From the NCBI GenBank assembly GCA_003990765.1, contig RBNJ01000059.1, positions 1-45,799 on the forward strand: DNA of 45,799 nt, given 5' to 3'. The position numbers and the translations under genes are program-made. Positions 12,188-22,664 of the stretch are shown here, piece by piece; positions within the stretch are counted from its first letter, which is position 1; every line of letters starts with the position of its first letter. The notes beneath the pieces are model-generated. The model worked only from the letters and a program-made list of their open reading frames with translations. It did no database searches and was not told the DNA's origin. Origin of the DNA: Jimgerdemannia flammicorona. Its lineage: Eukaryota.

Positions 12188-14250
12188 TGTAAGAGGGTTA
12201 CTTATTAGAGTAACCATTATATAGTTCTGGAAGGATTTTCTGGAAGTTCTGGATATTCTGAAAGACTGTTTTCTTAAGGTCAAGATCAATTTTGTATAGA
12301 GTATATCCTCTATACTTATTGATTTTAAGATCAGATTAATGTCTCAACCAAAGTCCCTTTTTGAACTAGTTCTGGATGTTCAGGATTTTTCATATTTCAG
12401 GAAGTTTGAGAAACTAAGACCAGCTTAGTTGAATTGATGTATTGCTACAGACAATACCCAATTAGGAAATTTTGTGATAGAGTTAGGAGTGGGACCTAAC
12501 AGGATATAGATTTACTTAAGAGTGGGTTGTGGGTTATTAAATAGGTTTATTTGCTATTCATGATATTACTATACTAAAAGTAGTTATGTGAAGGAGTATT
12601 GTGGGGAAGTGTTCAGGAATGTTCTTGTATGTTCAAGTCTGAGATTCTGAGGTCTGAGAGAGGGGGTATTTATACTAGTAAGGGACTATCTGGGCTATAC
12701 TAAATATGGGTGTAGTATTTAATGTCTTACTGAGTCAGAATACAGTCATATAGTATAAGTATGATCTGATATATCAAGAGATCATCTGACTGCTAAGTCA
12801 GTTTATAGTCATATCATATAAGACTAATCTAACTATACTATAACTGCCAAGCTATCTATAGATTTAGATACTATCTGGGTAGTCTTTGATAATATTACTA
12901 TTAATGATATCATCTCTGATGAAGTAGTTATCTAGGAAGAGTTGTTTGCAGATTAACTCTCCTTGTTCACTGAGGTAATAATACATTGGGACTTTGTCAT
13001 CATCTCACAGGATAGCATCATCAGTCTCATATATTGGGTAAGGTATTGGTGGGCAAAAGAGGGGTACATCATCTTCACTTTCATCAGATTCATTGTCTGC
13101 ATATCTTCTATAAGTTATGGCACTATGAGTTACTGGGTTGTAGTAAGCTAGTAGCTGTGGTTCATGTTGCTTATACTTAGGTGGCAGAGTTGTTGGTTTG
13201 ATCTTGAGAGTTGTCTGGAGGTACAGGTTGTGTTCTCCAGTTTCTTTATTATAGTTGAAGTAATCAGGAGTAGATGTAGGTTGGTATTTGTACTAGTGGT
13301 TATTGTCCCAATAAGTTTCATAAGTGGTTATGAACTATTGTAAGTTCATCAGTAAGGTTAGTGGTGTGATCAGAGTTGGCAGAGATCCTTAGCTTGAGGT
13401 CATATCAGTATTAGAGAGATTATTGTCTTCTACTTCATCTTCATCAAATTGGATTATATTGTAGATATCCTTCATAGTATATCTGACTTGAGGCATTTGC
13501 AGAATATGGTTATTGGGGTGTAGAAAGGTTCTGTCTGTAGTCTCAACATACTCAAGATACTTGTAGTTGAGTTCTTGTATCATATCATCTATTTGGCCAT
13601 AGGACAGAGTAGCAACCATTTCAGCAGTAGTAACTTGGAGGCAGGGAATAACAGTGCTATAAGTTCTCAATGTTTGTAGGCAATGAGTTTCTAGTATTGA
13701 GATATCTGAGTAATATCTATATCATAATAGTATTTGACTATGTCTTTCAGGAGGCAATCAATCTAGTAGTAGCTTGAGATTTATCCGATTTGGTGGGCTT
13801 TACTAAGCATGTTCAGAGTATTCTATCAGGCTTCTATGAAGTAGAGAGATGCTAAGCTATGGATGTTCATGAGGGGTAGAGGAGATGTAGCTCGATTGAC
13901 AATGGCATTTCAAATATTAGTGCAGATACAATTATAGATCTTAGTGATCATATTTATATATGTTCAGGAGTTGTGGTTGTGTGTTTAGTTTGTTTTGGTT
14001 CTTCATTTTGATGTCTTGGTGTTTGGTATATGTATATGTATTTGGTCCTAATTGGTAAGATCTCATTTATATAAATCTTATATTCTGTAACTTCATATTG
14101 ACTCAGCTTTGTACACTGTGACTTCAGTTTAACTCAGTTTCATAATCTTGCAGGTGATTTTCCAGATTTGTTCAGAGGTCGCCTGTGATTTCAGTGGCTT
14201 GTTCTGAGGGTAATGTGTGATTTTGGTAGCTTAGAGGTTGTACACTTATA
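12188..14250 (-). repeat. Element A 5' LTR (2063 bp)
   Basis: Direct repeat of 3611-5659, followed by the PBS on the minus strand. Confidence 0.95.
12864..13951 (-). pseudogene. LTR(U3)-embedded accessory ORF, copy in 5' LTR of A
   Basis: ATG at 13951, TAA at 12864-12866; a small deletion near 13660 shifts the frame; ORF-track fragment 13389-13670 is part of it. Confidence 0.7.
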
Positions 14251-14480
14251 TTGAATATATCTAATTTTATTCTTATTACTATAAAATCACTCATTTATAT
14301 CTTCTACTTAAAAGTGTTTAGCAATAGTATCCATTCTTATCTTACCTATATCATGAATATTTATATATACTTTCAGACAAACTGAAGTTTATTAAAAGAA
14401 AAATATCCAATAGTTTTTGTGGTGAAAATTACTTTATAGTATGCAAGTATCTAATACTTTAAATAATATTATATGTATCT
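14251..14480 (-). pseudogene. Upstream part of the Sola-like transposase relic, on the far side of element A
   Basis: VCLKVYINIHDIGKIRMDTIAKHF...FYSNKNK resembles the VC...F..IHGIG..R...H....R.HGN motif found N-terminal in this family; it joins 3610 across the TSD of A. Confidence 0.55.
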
Positions 14481-14499
14481 TGAACTACTGTTAAGTGAG

Positions 14500-14900
14500 A
14501 CCAGAATTGTTTAAAGTATTTCTCCATATCCAAAGTCTTCTGGGGTTACTCCTCAGAAATGGGCTAAGGCTGACTTGTCATCTTTGAATAACTTGTGCAC
14601 TCTTTTTGCAATTGTGATCTGAGTGTAGGAGAGCTGACATTCTCTGATCCAGTCTTCTTTTTCCATCTTCGGTCTTGAATTCAGTAGCTGTCCCAACTTG
14701 AAATATTCCTGGAACTCGGTTCAGTTCTGATAGACCTTGAAATGTAAGATTCATGACAAGTGTGTTTGCACTATACTCTGGATGCTATCAAAGAATTCTT
14801 CCATTGTTGGTAGCTCAGTGGAATACCACTATCTTTCAATGGCTTGCTGGACTGTGCTAGTAATTCTGAGGGTGGCAGTATTACTTTGTTGACTGGTCAT
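14500..14900 (-). pseudogene. ORF3 accessory protein of B (3'-truncated)
   Basis: ATG 14900: MTSQQSNTATLRITS...EEFFDSIQSIVQTHL...TEFQEYFKLGQLL...EDWIRECQLSYTQITIAKRVHKLF...ALAHF.GVTP; aligns with 28001-28462. Confidence 0.8.
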
Positions 14901-16073
14901 AATACTTCTTAAGTCAGTTTTGGTAGATGGTAGTGGAGATGATTGTATCTGAGAGTTTTTGTAGCCAAAAGGTGGTTCTTTTTATATCTTACACAAGATA
15001 AGGTCCTTCCCACTTGGGCTCCAGTTTTCATGACCATGAGGCTTCTACCATATTCTGATACACCAGGACTTTGTCTCCTATCTTGATAATCTCTAAGGGT
15101 TTGTGGGTTTTTTCCACATTCTTCTGTTATAGTGTTTGTGCCTTCATTATGTAATTCTCAGCCTTCTTCCTGATTTGGTGTAGTCTCCATATTTCTCCAT
15201 CCACATGTTTCCATATAGCATCTCCATTGGATGATAGGGTTTCTTGAGAACTTTCTTCTCCAAACAGCATTTCTCAAGGGGTAAAGTGGGTACTTTGTAA
15301 TCTGATATCTCAGAGAGCAGATAATGCTATTGGCAGATAGTGATTCCAGTTTTCATAGTTATTACAGATCTTGACAATAACATTCTTGAGGGTCTTGTTG
15401 GTCCTTTCTACTTGTCTGTTTTCTTGAGAGTGATAGGCTATAGTCTGAATGTGCTGGATCTTGTACTTCTTGTAGAGAACCTCAAAGAACTGGTTTATAA
15501 ATTCTATTCCTCTATCTGTAGTTACTTGCATTGGGGTCTTGAACTAGCAGATGATTTCTTTGTGGAAGAAATCAGCAATTGACTGTGCATTGGCTTCCTT
15601 AAGGGGTCCTGCTTCTATCCACTTTGTAAAAAGGTCTACAATGACAATGATATATTGGTTGCCAGTCAGGATCAAGAGTAGAGGGCTGATTACATCCATT
15701 GCTATGTGGGCAAATGGTACTAGTTCTATATGTGCTGATTCTGAGGCTTGGTTTTGTTGGTCTTATTTCTATTTCTAGCATTTGTTGCAGGTTTTGACAA
15801 ATTGTCTGATATCTTTCTCCATTCCTGGCCACCATATCATTCTTCTTGCCTTGTCATATGTATTTATTCCTCTTAGATGGCCAAGTTCATGTACTGATTT
15901 CATTGCTTGCTCCTTCTTGTGTTCTAGTATGACTAGTAGTTTTCTTTTCTTCAGTGTTTATCTATCAGTTTCGAATTGTTGTTGATAATCATTTGCATCC
16001 ATTCTTCCAGATGTTGGGACATCTTTTGCTATCCCAGATATGTGATGATTCCATAGTAGAGCTCCTTATTCAT
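14881..16073 (-). pseudogene. Integrase of B encoded as a separate ORF
   Basis: Starts ATG 16073 (MNKELYYGII) overlapping the RNase H stop; core TDRGIEF.N...AYH.Q.N.QVERTNKTLK; C-terminal W.GPY motif. Confidence 0.85.
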
Positions 16074-19000
16074 AATTGATTTGTTGGTTGGAGGTGTTTT
16101 GAGGTATCCGTGAGAGAGCATCTGTATTGGAATTTGTTCTTCCAGGGCAGTATACAATGGTTACATCATAGGCTTGTAACTTCATTATCCATCTGGTGTA
16201 GATTTCTTTGGGTTGTCCAGTTATCAGTAGTCAGGTGAGAGCTGAGTAGTCCATCTGAATGGTGAAGTGTCTTCTAGCCAGATAGTAGTGGAACTTTTCT
16301 ACAGCCCAGATGACTGTGAGATATTCCAACTTATAGGATTCATATTCTTTTTTAGCTCCTCGGGTTCCACAGCTAAGGTATGCAATGACATACTCTTTTT
16401 TGTCTTTCTTTTGAGCTAGAACTACTCCTAGTCCTTGTACACTTGCATCTGTCTGAAGGATAAACTCTTGGGTCTGATTGGGTCATCTCAGGATGGGTGC
16501 CTGGGTCAGTCTGACCTTGAGTTCATCAAATGCTTTTTGTTGTCTACCAGTCCAGTTAAATTTAGTGTCCTTCTTATTGAGTTCATAGATTAGACCTGCA
16601 ATATTGAAGAATCCTCTGATAAATCTGCAATAGTAGGAGGTGAGTCCCATGAAGGCTTAGGCTTCTGTAACAGTGGTGGGCCTTGGGTATGCTGCTACTG
16701 CTTGTATCTTGAGAGGGTCTATGTACGTTCCATCTCGATTGATAACATGGCCAAGGTAGAAGATCTCGATTTCTGCAAATTTGCATTTCTTGAGCTTGAT
16801 ATACAGGCCATACTTTCTCAGTCTTTCCATTATCTGCCATATGTACTGCAGGTGTTCCTCAAGTGTCTTGCTGTAGATGATTACATCATCGACATAGACC
16901 ATCATCTATCTTCCCATGTTATAGTAGAAGATTTTATTCATTATTTGCTGAAAGCTTGCTGGTACATTATATATCCTGAATAGTATTCGTAGGTAGATAT
17001 AGGTTCCATCTGGGGTAATGAAGGCTGACTTTTCACTTGCCATCTCTGTGAGTCTGATTTAGTGGAATCCTGAGTATAAGTCCAAGGTACTGTAGTACTG
17101 TGCTTCATCTCCCAGTATTATAAGGATGTCACTGATGAGGGGCAGTGGTTGGCAATCCTTCTTGGTAACTGCATTGAGCTTTCTGTAGTTGATACAGAGT
17201 CTTGGGGCGAATTTTCCAGGGTTGCTTCCTTTTTTTGGGGCTAGTACAACTGGTGAAGACCAGGGGCTGCTGGCTTCTTTGATAATACCAGCTTCTTCCA
17301 TCTGCTTGATTTCTTCTCTGAGCCATTCTCAGTAGGCTGGTGGGACAGGTCTTGCCTTCTGGTAAATTGGTTCAGTGTCTCTGATATCTATCTCATGATA
17401 GTAGTGTGGAGTCTTTCCCTTGATATCCTTGAAATCTGTAGTGAGAACATCTTCAAATTCATGAAGTATTTTCTTGAGTTCCTCCTTGAGTGGAAATTCA
17501 TTTCCAATGGTATAATGGTGCTTGTTTGTAATTTCCTCCTTCTTATGCTCCAGTTCAGTGATCTTGGTACTAGTGAATACTCCTCTTCCTGTGGATCCAA
17601 ATCCTTTCTTTTCTCTTTTCATTTCCTCCAAATTCTTGACTTCTATGATCCTTGGTTGTAGGATTGGGAAGATCAACATCTGTGCCAATCAGTCCCTCTT
17701 CTTGACTAGGAATGGGATTGTAAGATTGTGATTCCTAGCAATGAGCAGGATTTCTCCAGTATAGTCAGAATCGATGACTCCTTCTTCAATTGTAATTTTG
17801 CTTCTGGCCAGACTGCTTCTTGCCTTGAGGATCCTGACATGATCCTTTGGGATAGTTATCTCTAGTCCAGTTGTAAGTAGGGTAGTTGTTTGGGGTTCTA
17901 GTACAGCTTCTTCTATTGTGGCAATGTCCATTCCAGCTGCATTTTCTGACTTGTATTCTGGCAAGACTGCATCAGGGTGGGTCCTTCAGATCTTGACCTT
18001 AATTTCTTCTTCATCATCACTATCCTCCAGAAGGGCTGGTGGTTCATTATCTTCCTCCTCCTTCTCTTCTCTGATCTGTTTTTTGAGAGCTTTCTGTCTT
18101 CTTTCCTGGTGGATTTTCTTGATTCTGATGGTGCACTGGTAGCAATCATTGACATGCTTCATACAGTACATCTTGATCTCATGAGAACAGACTCCTTGTA
18201 GTATATAGCCTTCTGCAATCTTCTTACACCATTCTTCTTTACTCATCTATCCAACTTTCTTTTTCAGAGTAGTTACCATATAAGCTTCCTCTTGCTTGCT
18301 CTCTTCTTCCTCCATGTCAGGCAAGACTCCTTTGTTGACATTAATGGGAATTCATATCTTCTGTCCCTGGTAGGTGATTTGTATCTTCTGGGCATTGAGA
18401 TCAATTACTGCCCTGGCTTGGTAAAGCCATTGATTGCTGATGAGGATGTCATAGTTGGTGGCATTGGTTACGATTACATCTACTGGGATGGTTGCTCCTC
18501 TAATCTTGATGGGGACTTCTCGAATCTTTCCCAGAGGGGTGGCTCTTGTACCATCTGCTGTGACAAAAACCAACTTGATTACTTCTTCAACTTCCCAGCC
18601 TAGGCAGTCTGCTGCTTTCTTGCTAAGGAGACATTCTTCTGCTCCAGTATTGATAATGGCTTTAAAGACTCTATCTTTGATTTGGCATGTTGCATAGGCA
18701 GAGGTTTTGCAATTGTCTTTACTTTCTTCTCCTAAGTCCTCTTGAATGTTATTGGCCTTAGTTATCTTCCATCCTTGCTCCTTGGTTGTTTCAGCAAGTC
18801 CAAACCTCATTTGTTGTCTGAATGTTGGGATTTCTGCAAGCTGACCAAAGATTGCATTGACCTTTTGTTGGCTAAGATCCTTGAAGATATCATACTTAAA
18901 AGTCTTGATCTTGCGAAGTTTCTTTTCTTTTTCTCCTTTACTGGCTGGAGTAGTTTCTCAGATAATATCTTAAACTGCTTGCTCCAGCTCCATATCTTAG

Positions 19001-20060
19001 TCCATCTCTTTGGCTTGGCTTTCAGTGACTATTTCCATCTGCTTTTCTACTGGGTTCTTCTTGGGTCTTCCTGGTGGTCTCTTGTAGGGTTCCTTGTGAA
19101 CATCCTTCTTGGTAGTCCAAGCAGAATAGGCCTCCCATTCTTCTTTATCAGAATCTCCAATTTCCTTGAAGGTAATTGTATTGGCCTGTTCCTTGTTTCA
19201 TGTAGTATTGCTTGGTTGAGCCTTGTGCTTAGTTTCACTCATACATTTATAGGAGTAGTGGCCTTCTTCTCCACAGGTATAGTAGGTATCTTTCTTCTTG
19301 TCTGAGGTGGCAACAAACTTCTGGACTGGGCAGTAATTTCTTTCTTGGATTTCTTTTACCATATCTCCCAGATGGGCAGTTATTTCAGTGAACCTTTTGG
19401 CAAGTTTCTCCATAGGGTCACTGTTCTTTTGCTACTCTGTAGTTTTTGGCTGAGGTGTGTTTTGATTGATCATTATAGTAGGGATCACACTGGTTGCTTT
19501 GGGTGTTTCAATTCTGACTCCTGTGACTCTTTCCATTGTATGGTCTTGTGGATGTCTGGCTATCCAATATTACTGAGCATAGGTGACCTTTTGTGGCAGG
19601 TCCAAGACTACTGGTGATGAATGGATGGCCATGGCTATCTCTGGGTGAACTCCTTTCATAAAGGTTGCTTCAGCTACTTGATCTCAGATAGCAGCAGCAT
19701 AATCTGCAAAGGTTATCTGATATCGAATTCTGGTATAGAATGTATTTGGATCCTCACTCATTCCTTGGCATATTGTGTTGAGCTGATCCTTCAAGGCTTA
19801 CTTGATCTCATCTGTGTAATATGTATTTCAGAGCCAGGTCTTCTGTGCTGTCAGTATAGCATCAGCATCATTTCCTGCATAGGTTATGGCTGTGAATGCT
19901 GCTTTGGTAGGACCTCGTAGGCTGAAGGGCATGAGGGCTACTTGCTGTGCTGCTATCAGGGTCCTTATAGCAGCATACTACTCAAAATCATCAATGAAGG
20001 TAATGATTGATTCATCTGAGGTATATATATGGAATACTAGTGGTCTTATATTTATTTTGT
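16066..20060 (-). pseudogene. gag-pol of B (gag, protease, dUTPase, RT, RNase H)
   Basis: Zinc knuckle TCGEEGHYSYKC (~19240-19290), AIINTGAEE protease, YVDD (~16885-16897), FILQTDAS RNase H; ends DALSRIP...YE* at 16066-16068. Confidence 0.92.
17590..17990 (-). pseudogene. dut: dUTPase domain of B, between protease and RT
   Basis: AAGMDI...ARSSLARSKI...GVIDSDYTGEI...AQMLI...KGFGSTG (ORFs 17689-17964 and 17329-17688). Confidence 0.92.
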
Positions 20061-20154
20061 CTGGGTATTGTGGTTCTTAGGTAGTGGCAGTTGTTTGTTG
20101 TTCAGCTTGAAAGTGAGGGATTTATCTTAAATCACTAGCCAATGGGTACCAAGT

Positions 20155-20620
20155 TGTAATGTAGCAGATGCTTACTCTTGAAAGTATGTCAGATTTCTGT
20201 ATTTTAAATACTTGATCTTCTCTGACTCCTTGGAGTCTTTGGGATGTAGGGGTGGATGAGTTCAAAGTGTATCTGCCTGCAGGCTTACTAGTTTCTTTGC
20301 TATCTCTTTGCTTTTGAACTATTTCAATCTAAGGTTTATTCACTCTAAGATACTGGGTTATTTATACAAGTTTTGCTAACTATAAGGTGGCTAAGTAATG
20401 ACTTATTTCACAAGTATTGAATCTTTTAACATCTGCTAAGATTTTGCTGATTGCAAAGATTCTAACATCTCCTAAATCTTTGCAAATGTTAAAGATTCTG
20501 CACTTTGCAGAATATGGCTGCTATTTATGAGGCTAAGCTATATTGGGAATCAGATTTAGGTACTGCAATCAAATGTCTAATTCTCTTATTTCATGTTACT
20601 AATTTGGATCAGCTATTATA
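20155..20620 (-). repeat. Element B 5' LTR (466 bp)
   Basis: Same TATA/poly(A) core and CATCTGCTACATTACA end as the LTRs of C. Confidence 0.85.
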
Positions 20621-21679
20621 ATATATTACAATATATATAATTAGTCCTCTATTTATAATATTGACTGATACTTAATATGTTATTATTATTGTAGATATTT
20701 TTACAAAATGAATAGAAGCAGGATTTCCCAAAAAAAACCAATATATAGTCAATTATTAATTTCTTCAATAGAGAAATTACTATTTAGAGAAGAATATTCT
20801 GAAAAAACCTTATTATCTAATTGAGATATAATATAAAAATAAGTAAATATCAAGATATAGAGATTGTACCAAATAAAGAAAGCTGAGAATTATATATATA
20901 ATCAAGATATAGATATTATAATGAAATAATATATATAGAGAAAATTCATAAGCTCTTAAAGATTATCATGATAGAAGGCAAAGTTTTAATATATTAAAAT
21001 ATAGTAAAAGCTTCATTATTATAAAACTAAAGCCCAAATAAAAAGGACCTTACTTTGTATAAAATATAAAAGAAACTATCTTTTAGCTATGGAAACTATT
21101 AGATACAATTATTTCTACTACTATGTATCTATCAAAACTGACTCAAGAAGTACAATAGCTAGCTAATGAAATACTGTTATAACTCTCAAGATTACTAGTA
21201 CTATCTAGTAGATCATAAGAATACAATAGTATTCTATTAAACTACTGACTATAGAGAAATATTTTGATAGTATTCAAAGTATTATACCAATCCATCTATT
21301 ACACATTTCACACTTTAGAGCCTATTAAAATTATACTAAGTTTCAAGAGTACTTCAAGCTAAAATAATTATTAAACAAGAAGAATATAATTAAAAAAGAT
21401 TAGATTACTGAGTGTCAAATATTTTACATCCAAATTTCTATTTAAGAATGATGAGCAAGCTCTGGCTCATTTCTGAAGAGTAGTTCTAAGAGATTTCAGA
21501 TAGATAAAAGACATTATTAAGAGAATATAATTGAGCAAATCATTAGTATAATAATATAAAACTAGTCAAAGCTTAGAAGTTTGAATAAAATGATTCAGAG
21601 AAGAGATTATTTATTTAGAAGAAAGTTATAACAGTTGATCTAAATTAAAAAGTATAATTAAGAGATAGATATTTAATTA
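20621..21679 (+). mobile_element. Element F: old relic of the B/C family (integrase 3' part, ORF3, PPT, start of 3' LTR at 21627)
   Basis: Decayed FTK.IEAG, KPK.KGPY and IEKYFDSIQSII..HL..ISHFRAY...KFQEYFKL align with B/C; TATAACAGTTGATCTAAATT matches the start of the B LTR. Confidence 0.8.
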
Positions 21680-22109
21680 TATTATGAATAAGTAAAGAAG
21701 AGTAAAGAAGAATATTGTTTATTACTCTAAATAGTATATATTTATATATTAGAATTAGTGATCTAATTAAGAGTAATATATATAGTTATATATAAGTTAT
21801 ATATAAGATACAAATTACTAAGATATAAATAATAAAATTTTAACACTTCTGCTCAATGAGATAATACATATATAAGTAGAAATAAAAGAATGTAAGAATA
21901 TAGATATATAATAAACTAAGTAATAATAGCTAATTGACTATAAATGAACTAAAAGAATATTATTTATATATACTTAAAATATAAGAAAATATAGTAAAAA
22001 TATAAGATATAGATAGATCTTATTAGTAAAAAAACTCAAATATAGAGAAAATAAAATAGACTAGTGAATAACTATAATATTTGAAAGTTACTTAGTCAGA
22101 TATTGATAT
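21680..22109 (-). mobile_element. Probable 3' UTR, PPT and short 3' LTR (~21680-21845) of the Copia relic
   Basis: Minus strand TTGAGCAGAAG-TGTTA resembles a Copia PPT/LTR start; contiguous with the Copia RNase H end across the ATAT TSD of C. Confidence 0.45.
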
Positions 22110-22565
22110 TGTAACAGTATAGCCAAATTAGAAAGAAGGAAATAGGGAATAGATACTTGATCACACCCATTCCCAAAGTAGTATAGTTTTATAGTTAGCA
22201 GTTACTGATTTCAACATTGTCTAAATTTCTAGACATTGTCCAAATCGAATACCCTGATTTAGTATAGCATTTTGACATTGTCTAAGTTTCTAGACATTGT
22301 CTAAATGACTCATAACTTAGCTGTATAACTCAGTAGCCATCTCATAGCTAGCAAACTTGTATAAATAACCCAGTATCTTTGAGTAAATAAACCTTAGATC
22401 GAAAGTGTTAGAAAAAGAACAAGTATACTGATAAAAGGACCTTTGGGATTACCTCTTTAAACACATTTGGCCTCAAGGAACTACTGACTCTGGGAGTCAA
22501 GAAGACAAGAATTCAAGATAAAGAAATCTGATATACTTGCCCATCTTAGTATCTGCTACATTACA
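22110..22565 (+). repeat. Element C 5' LTR
   Basis: Direct repeat of 28500-28955; differences are almost all transitions. Confidence 0.96.
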
Positions 22566-22664
22566 ACTTAGTGTCTATTAGCTAGTGATTCAAGATGAAT
22601 CCCTCACTTTCAAGCTAAACAACGAATAACTGCAACCAGAACCCACACAACACAATCAGACAGA

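Larger units (their letters stand above)
3611..14250 (-). mobile_element. Element A: full-length decayed Ty3/Gypsy chromovirus (gag-dUTPase-CPH module-PR-RT-RH-IN-chromodomain) with ~2.05-kb LTRs
   Basis: Direct repeats 3611-5659 and 12188-14250 with TGTAAG...CTTA(C/T)A ends; 5-bp TSD TTGAT/TTGAA; PPT next to 5659; PBS next to 12188; pol domains in Gypsy order. Confidence 0.95.
14490..20620 (-). mobile_element. Element B: decayed Ty3/Gypsy (gag-PR-CPH module-dUTPase-RT-RH / IN / ORF3), 3' LTR lost
   Basis: 5' LTR 20155-20620 and PBS-like ACTTGGTACCCATTGG; colinear with element C; ends within the 3' part of ORF3. Confidence 0.92.

Noticed and set aside
12222-12270. TTCTGGAA repeats in the A LTR as heat-shock elements
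   Set aside because: Spacing does not give three contiguous inverted nGAAn units, and they lie at the U5 end rather than upstream of a TATA box.
18292-19920. Long antisense ORFs over gag-pol (e.g. 18742-19305 plus, 25041-25652 minus, 34638-35252 minus)
   Set aside because: Shadow frames of purine-rich coding strands, not conserved between B, C and D.
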